A stretch of 64,000 bases of DNA from an uncultured Chitinophagales bacterium (GTDB lineage: Bacteria > Bacteroidota > Ignavibacteria > UBA10030 > F1-140-MAGs086): NCBI GenBank assembly GCA_964358705.1, contig CAYHPL010000005.1, positions 4,566 through 68,565 on the forward strand. Reading direction: 5' to 3'. The first letter of the stretch is position 1. Each line of letters starts with the position of its first letter. A model generated the notes under the pieces. It worked only from the letters and a program-made list of their open reading frames with translations. It ran no database searches and was not told the DNA's origin. Positions 1 to 8,987 of this stretch are shown here, in pieces. The translations under genes were made by a program, and so were the position numbers.

Positions 1-1123
1 TAATATTTTAGGTGAAATTGCAATTGATTCTTCGCAAAACCTATATTTGGGATATGTAAAGACTGGCTCTCCCTACACAGGTTATCTCATCAAATATGAC
101 CAATATGGCGCAATTGTATGGAGTAGAATATTTGACTATAATCTTGATTATATGCGTCTGATTCTCAAAATTGATGTACAAGGTAACATTTTATTAGCTC
201 GCACTGCAAAGCGGAAATTGCGTGGAAGTGATGTTGCGTTAACAAAATTCAATCCCAATGGCGATTCTCTTTGGTCATACGAATATAATATTAGCAAATA
301 CGATTACAGTATTGATGTTGCAACAGATGCTTTAGAGAATATTTTTCTTCTTGCGCATACTAATAATGGACTCATTGCAAAAGAATTAAGAACAATTAAG
401 CTAACAGCAACTGGAAATTTTGAATGGGCATCTAAAATTAATTTTAATCCCAATGGGAGTCTTGAACCTGCACAGATAGGTTTGGATAACTTTAATAATA
501 TATATTCGACTGGTTATTATAAAGATTCAACAAACTCTGTTCATTATTACGTAAAAAAAATGAACCAATCAGGTACAGAACTCTGGAGCAGTGATTTTAA
601 TACAATGAAAAACAATGCAAGAATTCCTGCAATGATGATTGATATTAATAATAATGTCAATATTACCGGCGCACATATTCTCAATTATACTTCCAGCGGC
701 ATTCTACAATACGCACTTGAAAGTTCTGCTGATTTTGCAGGAATTGATGAAAACAGAAATTTATTCGTGGCACATAGGTTTTCAAGTTTATTCACTGTCT
801 CAAAATACCAACTACCCGTGACCGATGTAATTGTATCCGAAGAGAAATCAAGCACATTTGCGCTCAACCAAAACTATCCAAATCCTTTTAACTCTTTCAC
901 TGTAATAAAATTTCAACTTACGCACAATGGCACTGTCTCGCTGACAGTGTTTAATATACTCGGACAAAAAGTAGCAACGATTATTGATAATGAGGAAATG
1001 GAACAAGGCTATCATAGTGTGAACTTTGATGCTTCGCGTTTATCAAGCGGAGTGTATTTTTACCGCATTACGGTGAACAACAACGAATTTGTACAAATGA
1101 AAAAATTACTGCTTCTTAAATAA
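1..1123 (+). CDS. T9SS-secreted protein with beta-propeller-like repeats (5' truncated by window edge)
   Basis: Frame is open from position 2. C-terminus FALNQNYPNPFNS...LSSGVYFYRI...KKLLLLK is a type A T9SS sorting domain; repeated K(Y/F/L)xxxGxxxW motifs. Confidence 0.85.
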   Translation, partial: NILGEIAIDSSQNLYLGYVKTGSPYTGYLIKYDQYGAIVWSRIFDYNLDYMRLILKIDVQGNILLARTAKRKLRGSDVALTKFNPNGDSLWSYEYNISKYDYSIDVATDALENIFLLAHTNNGLIAKELRTIKLTATGNFEWASKINFNPNGSLEPAQIGLDNFNNIYSTGYYKDSTNSVHYYVKKMNQSGTELWSSDFNTMKNNARIPAMMIDINNNVNITGAHILNYTSSGILQYALESSADFAGIDENRNLFVAHRFSSLFTVSKYQLPVTDVIVSEEKSSTFALNQNYPNPFNSFTVIKFQLTHNGTVSLTVFNILGQKVATIIDNEEMEQGYHSVNFDASRLSSGVYFYRITVNNNEFVQMKKLLLLK

Positions 1124-1156
1124 AATAGCATGTTAACTAAACAAAAAAGTACTCTG

Positions 1157-2473
1157 TCATTCTTTTTTGCTTTCTCCGCGATGTACTTCAATTTTAATGC
1201 CGATTTTTTTTAAAAATTCAAACGGAAGTTCGCCGCCTGCAAAAACAAAAACAAAATCATTCGGAAGAATGAGCGTACGACCACTTTCTTCAATCTCCAC
1301 TTCTTTTTCACGAATGTCTTTTACCTGTGAATTAAACATTGCGGAAATTTTTCCTTCTGCAATATTTTTTTGAATGTTCGTTTGATTGCGCGGTTTCAAT
1401 CTGAAAAATGATTCTTTGCGATACGAAATGGTAACCTTGTTTCCTGTCTGATGCGCTAATCCCACAGCCGCTTCTATTGCGCTATCTCCCCCGCCAACTA
1501 CGAGCAAATTATTATTCTGAAATTGTTCCGCTTCAAGCAAGCGATACATAACCTTGGAATGTTGTTCGCCGCGCGCACCTAATTTTCGCGGAGTGCCGCG
1601 TCTTCCAAGTGCAAGAATTACATAACGAGTTTTATATTCACCTTTGGATGTTTTAACAAAAAAACTATCGCGTTCACTCACAATATCCGTTACTTTTTCT
1701 TCAAAGTGTAATTCCAATTTTGTCTTTGCAATAATATCATTCCAGATTTGCAGTAAATTTTCTTTTGTTACTTCCGAAAGATTCAGTTTGCCATACGTTG
1801 GAATTTCTACAGGAGATGTCAGCACAAGTTTTCTGCGCGGATAGTGCAAAATAGAGCCGCCGAAATCTGCTTCCTGTTCGAGCGTTACATAGCGGAGTTC
1901 ATTCTGCACAGCGGCAAGCGACGCACTCAATCCCGATGGACCCGCTCCGATAATCACCACATCAAGAATATTATCATTGCTGGATTTTTTCCGCTTCACA
2001 ATTTCCTGAATTACTTCGCTTCCCTGCTTTATTGCATTGCGGATTAATCCGATTCCTCCCAATTCACCAACAATAAAAATTCCCGGCACGTTTGTTTCAT
2101 AATGTTCATCAACTGTGGGAACTTCCACGCTGTTCGTTGGAGTGCCAAGCACTAATTCAATCGCGCCGACGGGACAATTTGCTGCGCACAATCCGTGTCC
2201 GACACATTTAGCGCCATAAATAACTGCCGCTTTACCATTGATTAATCCAAGCACGTCGCCTTCGGGACAGGAACTGATGCACGTTCCGCAACCAATGCAG
2301 GAAGATTGATTTATGATGGGATGCAATGTTGCAACTTCCGTCATTCCGCTGTCAAGCGCTTTTTGTAAATGGCGTTCAAAGTGTTGTGCCTTTTTTTTAT
2401 GCTGGCGTAAATAGAAAAAAAGAACAGGAATAATTATTACGAGTGCAGCAATGATTGTAATTACTATATCCAT
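1157..2473 (-). CDS. Membrane-anchored ferredoxin / FAD-NAD(P)H oxidoreductase (thioredoxin-reductase-like fold)
   Basis: N-terminal TM helix; CIGCGTCISSCP and CVGHGLCAANCP Fe-S motifs; IIGAGPSG FAD motif; VGGGDSAIEAA NAD(P)H motif; ETNVPGIFIVGE motif. Confidence 0.85.
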   Translation of the reverse strand: MDIVITIIAALVIIIPVLFFYLRQHKKKAQHFERHLQKALDSGMTEVATLHPIINQSSCIGCGTCISSCPEGDVLGLINGKAAVIYGAKCVGHGLCAANCPVGAIELVLGTPTNSVEVPTVDEHYETNVPGIFIVGELGGIGLIRNAIKQGSEVIQEIVKRKKSSNDNILDVVIIGAGPSGLSASLAAVQNELRYVTLEQEADFGGSILHYPRRKLVLTSPVEIPTYGKLNLSEVTKENLLQIWNDIIAKTKLELHFEEKVTDIVSERDSFFVKTSKGEYKTRYVILALGRRGTPRKLGARGEQHSKVMYRLLEAEQFQNNNLLVVGGGDSAIEAAVGLAHQTGNKVTISYRKESFFRLKPRNQTNIQKNIAEGKISAMFNSQVKDIREKEVEIEESGRTLILPNDFVFVFAGGELPFEFLKKIGIKIEVHRGESKKE

Positions 2474-2482
2474 TACAAATTT

Positions 2483-4051
2483 TTAAAACCTGTATCCGAT
2501 TTCAAAAAATATGCGGATGGTATTAGCAGTTACATCGAAATTTTTTTCAATGTTCCCGCTTAAAAAAAGTGAAGAAGAAATAAGCGCGGAAATATCTGCC
2601 CCAACAGTTGTAAGGTGTTTTGTTTCTGAAGTGCTCAGCAATTCATAAGAGTACTGTTCTATCTTAACGGTAGTATGTATTCCGGAAAAAAGTTCACGAC
2701 TAACATCCGCACCCACAGTCATTGCATTTGCGTACAGTCCTTTCAACAATGATATCCGCACACCGGAATTAATCTGTGATGAAAAAATATTACTCACAAA
2801 AACGCCAACGCCATTGTTGATAGATTTTCTCGTATCATTTTCGCGCAGACGAATATTGGAAAATCCATTGAGTGCAATGCCATTTTCCAAACGCACACTT
2901 GCAGAAAAACGAAACCCTTGCTGAAGTGTTTTATCAAAAAGTGAATCAGCAACACTGCTGTTCGTTTCAAATAAATACACATTGCGCGTTGCATCATACC
3001 CTGCAGAAAGCGATAGCCAATCAAGCGGCGCGCTTCCAATGCTGAGATAGGTATTTGTCAAGTGTAATTTTTTTTCAATTTTGCCGCTGTGCATTTCATT
3101 CACATCAATTTCTGTGCTGTGATAGAAATTTAACAAGCGTGATGCATCGAAGGAATTTTGCAGGTAAAGAAATTCGCGGTCAAGTTTTCCTTCACGCATT
3201 TGCTTGGTGTATGCAAGTGTTCCATCGTAGTGGAAATTTTCTGTTGCGTTAAAATGGTAATTGATAAAAGGTGAAAAGCGTGTATTTATTGTTTCAATGC
3301 CGGATGTTTTGTAATTGGGCTGCGAGCCGCCGGAAAAACCAAATGTAAATTCCTGCATTTTGTACATCATTTGCACGCCGTCGAATGCGCCTAATCCCAG
3401 CGCAAGTTTTGATTGAATTCTTCCGAAAGAATAACTCAGCGCCTCATTCGGATTAGCGTATTCAAAAAATAAATTATACAAACGTGTGCGCGAGCGGGAA
3501 GAATTTTTAAATCTCGTCTTGTTTGGAGAGAATGTATATTGCGAATTTGTGTAGAAAGATAAATTCCAAAATGAATTTGCAAGCCGTTGCAATGAAATAT
3601 TTATAATTGCCGATGGCTGATGAAATGAATAATTGTTGTTTGTCGCATTTAATACAGAATTATTTTGCAATGCAATGCGTCCGCGAAGCACATTTCCCGA
3701 TACTGCAACATCCGTTTTATTGTGCTTCGGCTGTGTAATTTGGGGAATATTTTCTCCGGCTCTTTTTTTAAATCCGAGAACTGTATCGCCAACTTTAACT
3801 GCAACCGAATCGGAAATATTTTTTCCGACAATGGACTTGCTGCTTGCGGCAGAAACGATGACAAATGCTATAAGCGAATCATTTCGTGCTATGCTCAATG
3901 TATCTCCTTCACTGCAATCTACATTTGCCGGACGCGCGATGTACACATTTCCGGAAGAGAGAAATGTTACTTTGCTGCTCACGATCTCCTGTGTTTGAGA
4001 ATATGCAACACAGAAAAAGAATAAGCAAAGTAAATATAATTTTATCGTCAT
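2483..4051 (-). CDS. Putative outer-membrane beta-barrel (porin of a porin-cytochrome complex)
   Basis: Signal peptide (AYS-Q), alternating amphipathic strands, C-terminal FFEIGYRF beta-signal; overlaps the cytochrome stop codon (ATGA). Confidence 0.7.
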   Translation of the reverse strand: MTIKLYLLCLFFFCVAYSQTQEIVSSKVTFLSSGNVYIARPANVDCSEGDTLSIARNDSLIAFVIVSAASSKSIVGKNISDSVAVKVGDTVLGFKKRAGENIPQITQPKHNKTDVAVSGNVLRGRIALQNNSVLNATNNNYSFHQPSAIINISLQRLANSFWNLSFYTNSQYTFSPNKTRFKNSSRSRTRLYNLFFEYANPNEALSYSFGRIQSKLALGLGAFDGVQMMYKMQEFTFGFSGGSQPNYKTSGIETINTRFSPFINYHFNATENFHYDGTLAYTKQMREGKLDREFLYLQNSFDASRLLNFYHSTEIDVNEMHSGKIEKKLHLTNTYLSIGSAPLDWLSLSAGYDATRNVYLFETNSSVADSLFDKTLQQGFRFSASVRLENGIALNGFSNIRLRENDTRKSINNGVGVFVSNIFSSQINSGVRISLLKGLYANAMTVGADVSRELFSGIHTTVKIEQYSYELLSTSETKHLTTVGADISALISSSLFLSGNIEKNFDVTANTIRIFFEIGYRF

Positions 4052-6630
4052 CGCATCTGCTTTAAATTATCACCTGTTGGATGACAGTCATAACAAGCAT
4101 TGCTTTGATACTGATAACCACTTACTCCATCATGCTCATTATTCATCTGCGCCTGCGGATGGCAAGATGTTGTACAAGTAAATATTGCAAAATTATTTGC
4201 ATTCTGATGACAATCGCCGCAAACGTTCCATCGTCCCGGACGATGTTTTGTTCCGTTTCCGATAGGAAATTCAGGCGTATGGTTGAAGGTGGAACTCCAA
4301 CTTGAAGTCGAATGGCACTGACTTGTAGTGCAATTATGCGGATAACCTTTCGTAGAATGTTGTGGCGCAGAAGTAAAATCTGAAGTATGGCACGGATAAC
4401 ATTCTGTCGGGACAGTTGTGTAATTTCCATTAATATGACATTGCTGACATCCAACAGTCTGATGCGCTCCTGTTAATGGAAAAGAAGTTACGCTATGATT
4501 GAATGAAGCGCCATCCCAAGTTTGTGTTGTATGACATTGCGTACAATTGTGCGGAAAACTTTGAATAGAATGTGGCGGGTCATTGGCAGTAGTATAATCC
4601 GATTCATGGCAACTCCAGCAATCTGTAGGAACGGTAGAATAATTTCCATTGATATGGCATTGCTGACACGGTGTTGCATTATGCGCTCCTGTTAAAGGAA
4701 AAATTGTATTCGCATGATTGAATGTTGATGGCTGCCAAACACTCGTGTTATGACACGGAGAACAATCGTGAGCAAATTGTGCTGTTACGTGATTCGGATT
4801 TGTTGTTTGTGTAAAATCAGTTTCGTGACAACTCCAGCAATCTGTTGGAAGATTGGTATAATTTCCATTTGTATGGCACTGCTGACATTGTGTTGTCTGA
4901 TGTGCTCCTGTCAATGGAAATTGCGTTAACGAATGGTCAAATAATGCCGGCTGCCATCCTGCTGTTTGATGACACGTTTCGCATTGATGTGAAAATTGTG
5001 CTGTTACGTGATTCGGATTTGTTGTTTGTGTAAAATCTGTTTCGTGACAACTCCAGCAATCTGTTGGAAGATTGGTATAATTTCCATTTGTATGGCACTG
5101 CTGACATTGTGTTGTCTGATGTGCTCCTGTCAATGGAAATTGCGTTAACGAATGGTCAAATAATGCCGGCTGCCATCCTGCTGTTTGATGACACGTTTCG
5201 CATTGATGTGAAAATTGTGCTGTTACGTGATTCGGATTTGTTGTTTGTGTAAAATCTGTTTCGTGACAACTCCAGCAATCTGTCGGAAGATTGGTATAAT
5301 TTCCATTCGTATGACATTGCTGACATTGTGTTGTTGTATGAGTTCCTGTTAAAGGAAATTGCGTTACAGAATGGTCAAATGTTGATGGTTGAAATGCAAT
5401 CGTGTTATGGCACGTTTCACATTGATGAGAAAATTGTGCAGTTGTGTGATTCTGATTTGTTGTTTGTGCAAAATCATTTTCGTGGCAACTCCAGCAATCT
5501 GATGAAATATTTGTATAATTTCCATTTGTGTGGCATTGCTGACATTGAACAGGCAAATGCGAGCCAGTCAATGGAAAATTAGTATTTGCATGATTAAAAT
5601 TGGAAGGCGTCCACGATAAACTTGAATGACACGCTTCACATTGATGCGAAAATAATGCTGTTGCATGATTCGGATTCGTTGTCTGCCCAAAATCATTTTG
5701 ATGGCAGGAATAACAATCTACAGGCAAAGAAGAATAATTTCCATTTGAATGACATTGCTGACATTGTACTGCAAGGTGTGCACCTGCAAGCGGAAACTGT
5801 GTTATTGAATGATTAAAATGTGATGGTATCCATGTATTTGGCTGATGACATGTTGCGCACTGATGAGAAAATTGTCCCGCAAGGTGATTCGGAGTTTGTA
5901 CGTTATTAAAATCTGTTTTATGACATCCATAACAATCTGTAGGAGTACCTGACGTTTTTTTATTATGACATTGTTCGCAAGTTAAATTACTATGCGCGGC
6001 TTGCTTCATAAAAGAAAAAGGCAGATGTTGAAATGTACTACTATTCCATTTTTGCGATGTTACCTGATGACATTCTTCACACGCCATTTTAATTCCAACT
6101 GCAATATGATTTGGCTTTATGGTTTCGTCAAAATCTTTTCTGTGGCAACCCGCGCAATCCAATGGTAATCCGACAAATTCATTTTTTTCAGTATTGGTAT
6201 GGCACTGTTTACAATTTACACTGCGATGAACACCAAGCAATGGAAATCGTGATGCCTGATGTTTTTCCAGCATATCTGTTACAACCCAACTTTTTGTGTT
6301 GTGGCAACGCTCGCATTGCTTGCCCACTTCGCCGCGATGTTGGTCTGTATGGCACGAAATACATTGTTGCGCTTTTCCTTTTTCATCACTAAACACAAGC
6401 GATGTATGGCAACTTTGACACTGCACAATTTTATGCTGTCCGTTCAGTGAAAAATTCGTTTGTATCGTATGGTCAAAACGTGCATCAATCCGCAATTGTG
6501 AAAATGAGGTTGTCGTATGGCAATCCGTACAGGCAATCGTTAAATTACCATGAGGTGATTCCTGTGAAAAAGCAAATGCAAAACAAAACAGGAAGAGATA
6601 AAATCCAAATAAAATGTTAGGAGTATTCAT
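4048..6630 (-). CDS. Giant multiheme c-type cytochrome (32 CxxCH plus CX4CH and CX3CH)
   Basis: Manual count of motifs. Probable start MNTPNILFGF at 6630 with signal peptide AFS-Q (alternative ATG at 6690); 73-aa tri-heme repeats. Confidence 0.93.
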   Translation of the reverse strand: MNTPNILFGFYLFLFCFAFAFSQESPHGNLTIACTDCHTTTSFSQLRIDARFDHTIQTNFSLNGQHKIVQCQSCHTSLVFSDEKGKAQQCISCHTDQHRGEVGKQCERCHNTKSWVVTDMLEKHQASRFPLLGVHRSVNCKQCHTNTEKNEFVGLPLDCAGCHRKDFDETIKPNHIAVGIKMACEECHQVTSQKWNSSTFQHLPFSFMKQAAHSNLTCEQCHNKKTSGTPTDCYGCHKTDFNNVQTPNHLAGQFSHQCATCHQPNTWIPSHFNHSITQFPLAGAHLAVQCQQCHSNGNYSSLPVDCYSCHQNDFGQTTNPNHATALFSHQCEACHSSLSWTPSNFNHANTNFPLTGSHLPVQCQQCHTNGNYTNISSDCWSCHENDFAQTTNQNHTTAQFSHQCETCHNTIAFQPSTFDHSVTQFPLTGTHTTTQCQQCHTNGNYTNLPTDCWSCHETDFTQTTNPNHVTAQFSHQCETCHQTAGWQPALFDHSLTQFPLTGAHQTTQCQQCHTNGNYTNLPTDCWSCHETDFTQTTNPNHVTAQFSHQCETCHQTAGWQPALFDHSLTQFPLTGAHQTTQCQQCHTNGNYTNLPTDCWSCHETDFTQTTNPNHVTAQFAHDCSPCHNTSVWQPSTFNHANTIFPLTGAHNATPCQQCHINGNYSTVPTDCWSCHESDYTTANDPPHSIQSFPHNCTQCHTTQTWDGASFNHSVTSFPLTGAHQTVGCQQCHINGNYTTVPTECYPCHTSDFTSAPQHSTKGYPHNCTTSQCHSTSSWSSTFNHTPEFPIGNGTKHRPGRWNVCGDCHQNANNFAIFTCTTSCHPQAQMNNEHDGVSGYQYQSNACYDCHPTGDNLKQMR
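4774..5307. repeat. Near-identical 219-bp tandem repeat (~2.4 copies) inside the cytochrome gene
   Basis: Sequence from 4774 recurs at 4993 and 5212 with very few mismatches; identical antisense ORFs 4845-5033 and 5064-5252 are offset by 219. Confidence 0.92.
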
Positions 6631-6676
6631 AAACCGAAAAGGATAAAATTGTTTAAAGCACGAAATATTTTTTAAA

Positions 6677-8344
6677 TTATCGCTTAGCATGGCACGATTC
6701 ACACAGAGGTGAAAGCGGTTTATAACGTATAAATTGTTTACTATTTTCAACCACAAGTTTATGGCAATCGCTACAAGGCAATTGTGAGTGTTTCCCATCC
6801 AGTACAAAACGTGATTGCGTATTGTGGTCAAAAGTTATTTTTTTCCATCCTGCAGATGAATGACAAATTTCGCATTGCACTGTTGTCGCTTCATTTCGTA
6901 AAAATTGTTTTTCATGAATATCATCGTGGCACGAAAAACACTGCAATGGTGTATCTGCAAATTGTATCCGCTCAGAATTGCTTCCTAAATCTACAATTTT
7001 ATGACACTCATTGCAAGCAACTGCGAGATGTAATCCTTTCAAAGAAAATTTTGTTTTATCGTGCGCAAAGTTTAGCAACTTCCAATCATTTGTAGAATGA
7101 CACGATTCGCATCCATCTTTTTTTACGCGCTCAGCAAATTGTCCTTTATGGATATCACTATGACACGATGTGCAACTCAATTCTTTCCAGAGAAAGAGAA
7201 TATGCTCTTTCTCTGTTCCTGCAAATTCTTTCGTATGACATTTATTGCACAGTAAATTTTTATGTTTTCCTGCTAAAGGAAATTTTGTTGCGGCATGCTC
7301 CTCCATCGAAAATTTTGAAGGCGTAAATCCATCTACAGTATGGCAACTTTCACACCGACCTTTATCAGAACGTAGCGCAAAATCTCCTTTATGATAATCT
7401 TTATGGCAATCGGAACACGCCGCAAATTTAAGTGCAGTTTTTTTTCCACTGTTTTTTGCTGTTGAAGTATTTTTACGCTCCTGATGGCATTGTTCACATT
7501 TTACAGAAATATGTTTTCCTAATAACGGGAACAACGTTTTTGAATGGTCAAATTTTCCTCCTGCAATGTTTTTAAAACTTTCTTCCGAATGACAGTTGCT
7601 GCAATTTGCTCCAAGTTTTCCGCTATGCACATCACTATGACAATCGCTGCACTGCTGAAATTGCAATGGCTTGAATTTTACTAAATGAAATTTTCCTTCT
7701 CTTAACTCTCCATCGTGACATTTCCCGCATTGCACATTGTTGTGTTTTCCCTTTAGTTTGAATCGCGATGAATTATGAGAAAATTTTTCGGCGCCGCTCC
7801 ATTGATTTTGCGTGTGGCAATCAAGACATTGCGAGGAAAGTTGCTTGCGATGTTCATCTTTATGGCAATCCAAACACTGCGTTCGTAATCCTAAAAAAGT
7901 TTTTTCAAGAAATTTTTCATCCTTGCGAAGAATATCATCATCGCGAATATTTTTCTTCGTATGGCATTGTTCACAACGTAATTGCTGATGTTTCCCATCA
8001 AGTACAAATCCCGCTTCCTGATGATTAAATTTTTCCTTCTCCCAACGCAATAACGACGCATCAATTCCGCGGTGCTCTTTATGGCACGTGATACAATCTT
8101 TTTTTTGCTGCGCCGAATGCATTCCGTGATTTTCTCTGATACGCGCACGTATCTCTTTGTGGCACTCTAAACATTTATCGCCTGAAATTTTATCTCCCAG
8201 TGAATGACACTTAGTGCAATTCGCCATTCCTTCAAGATTTTTGTGAACTGCAGAAAGCTCCCCCGGCGATATTTGCGCAACAGAATTTATTTGTAAAAAG
8301 ACAGTAGCACAACCCCAGAGAAACAAAAGCCTCCCTAATTTCAT
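6677..8344 (-). CDS. 20-heme c-type cytochrome, Lys-rich, probably periplasmic
   Basis: 20 CxxCH motifs counted; signal peptide NSVA-QISPG; recurring FxH..xxFxLxGKH..xCxxCH units. Confidence 0.93.
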   Translation of the reverse strand: MKLGRLLFLWGCATVFLQINSVAQISPGELSAVHKNLEGMANCTKCHSLGDKISGDKCLECHKEIRARIRENHGMHSAQQKKDCITCHKEHRGIDASLLRWEKEKFNHQEAGFVLDGKHQQLRCEQCHTKKNIRDDDILRKDEKFLEKTFLGLRTQCLDCHKDEHRKQLSSQCLDCHTQNQWSGAEKFSHNSSRFKLKGKHNNVQCGKCHDGELREGKFHLVKFKPLQFQQCSDCHSDVHSGKLGANCSNCHSEESFKNIAGGKFDHSKTLFPLLGKHISVKCEQCHQERKNTSTAKNSGKKTALKFAACSDCHKDYHKGDFALRSDKGRCESCHTVDGFTPSKFSMEEHAATKFPLAGKHKNLLCNKCHTKEFAGTEKEHILFLWKELSCTSCHSDIHKGQFAERVKKDGCESCHSTNDWKLLNFAHDKTKFSLKGLHLAVACNECHKIVDLGSNSERIQFADTPLQCFSCHDDIHEKQFLRNEATTVQCEICHSSAGWKKITFDHNTQSRFVLDGKHSQLPCSDCHKLVVENSKQFIRYKPLSPLCESCHAKR

Positions 8345-8985
8345 TTTTCTGATTTCGTATTCAAAGCGGAAATTCCCTGCTGCGCTTTAGTTGCATTTTC
8401 CGATTTTGCATCCGCGGCAATTGTTTTTTCCCACCATTGAATTGCTTCATCATTTTTTCCAATCGTAGCATGGAGTGCGCCGAGATTATACATAGCATTC
8501 GTATTTTTAGCATCGTACGAAAGAATTGTTTTTGTCGCAGCTATCGCTTCATCATATTTTTTTTGATGGTATAATGAAATTGAATAGTCGAGGCGGACTT
8601 CAATGTTTTTGGGTTCTTTATCCACAATCATTTTATAATATTTTTCTGCTTCTGCCATTTGATGCGCATCGAACATAAAATTTGCAAGTTCGTGAAGCGC
8701 GGCAATATTATTTGGGTCTTTCTCAACAGCATGTTTTAATTCATCAACTTTTTTCATTATTTCTTTTGAAACATTCATTTTAGAAGGTGGTTGCACTCCG
8801 CTTCCATCCGGTGATTCCATTTTATCAATCGGCGGATGATTCGGCGGAAGTTTTCCCTCAGAAGTTTCTGCATGCGCTTGTTGTGCTGGAGCGGCAGGTT
8901 TTGGTTCATTGAAAATCGTATAGGCAAGTACGCCAATAAAAACGACGACAAGAACAATATAGAAGAGATTAATTTTGTTTTTCAT
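8341..8985 (-). CDS. Membrane-anchored TPR protein, possible cytochrome c maturation factor (CcmI/CycH/NrfG-like)
   Basis: Start MKNKINLF at 8985; one TM helix, LPPNHPPI motif, C-terminal TPR repeats; lies inside the cytochrome operon. Confidence 0.65.
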   Translation of the reverse strand: MKNKINLFYIVLVVVFIGVLAYTIFNEPKPAAPAQQAHAETSEGKLPPNHPPIDKMESPDGSGVQPPSKMNVSKEIMKKVDELKHAVEKDPNNIAALHELANFMFDAHQMAEAEKYYKMIVDKEPKNIEVRLDYSISLYHQKKYDEAIAATKTILSYDAKNTNAMYNLGALHATIGKNDEAIQWWEKTIAADAKSENATKAQQGISALNTKSEK

Positions 8986-8987
8986 AT

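Noticed and set aside
4845-5252. Twin identical 62-aa plus-strand ORFs
   Set aside because: Antisense shadows of the 219-bp repeat in the cytochrome gene.
6631-6831. N-terminal extension of the 927-aa cytochrome ORF
   Set aside because: Mostly overlaps the upstream cytochrome gene; the signal peptide begins near 6630.
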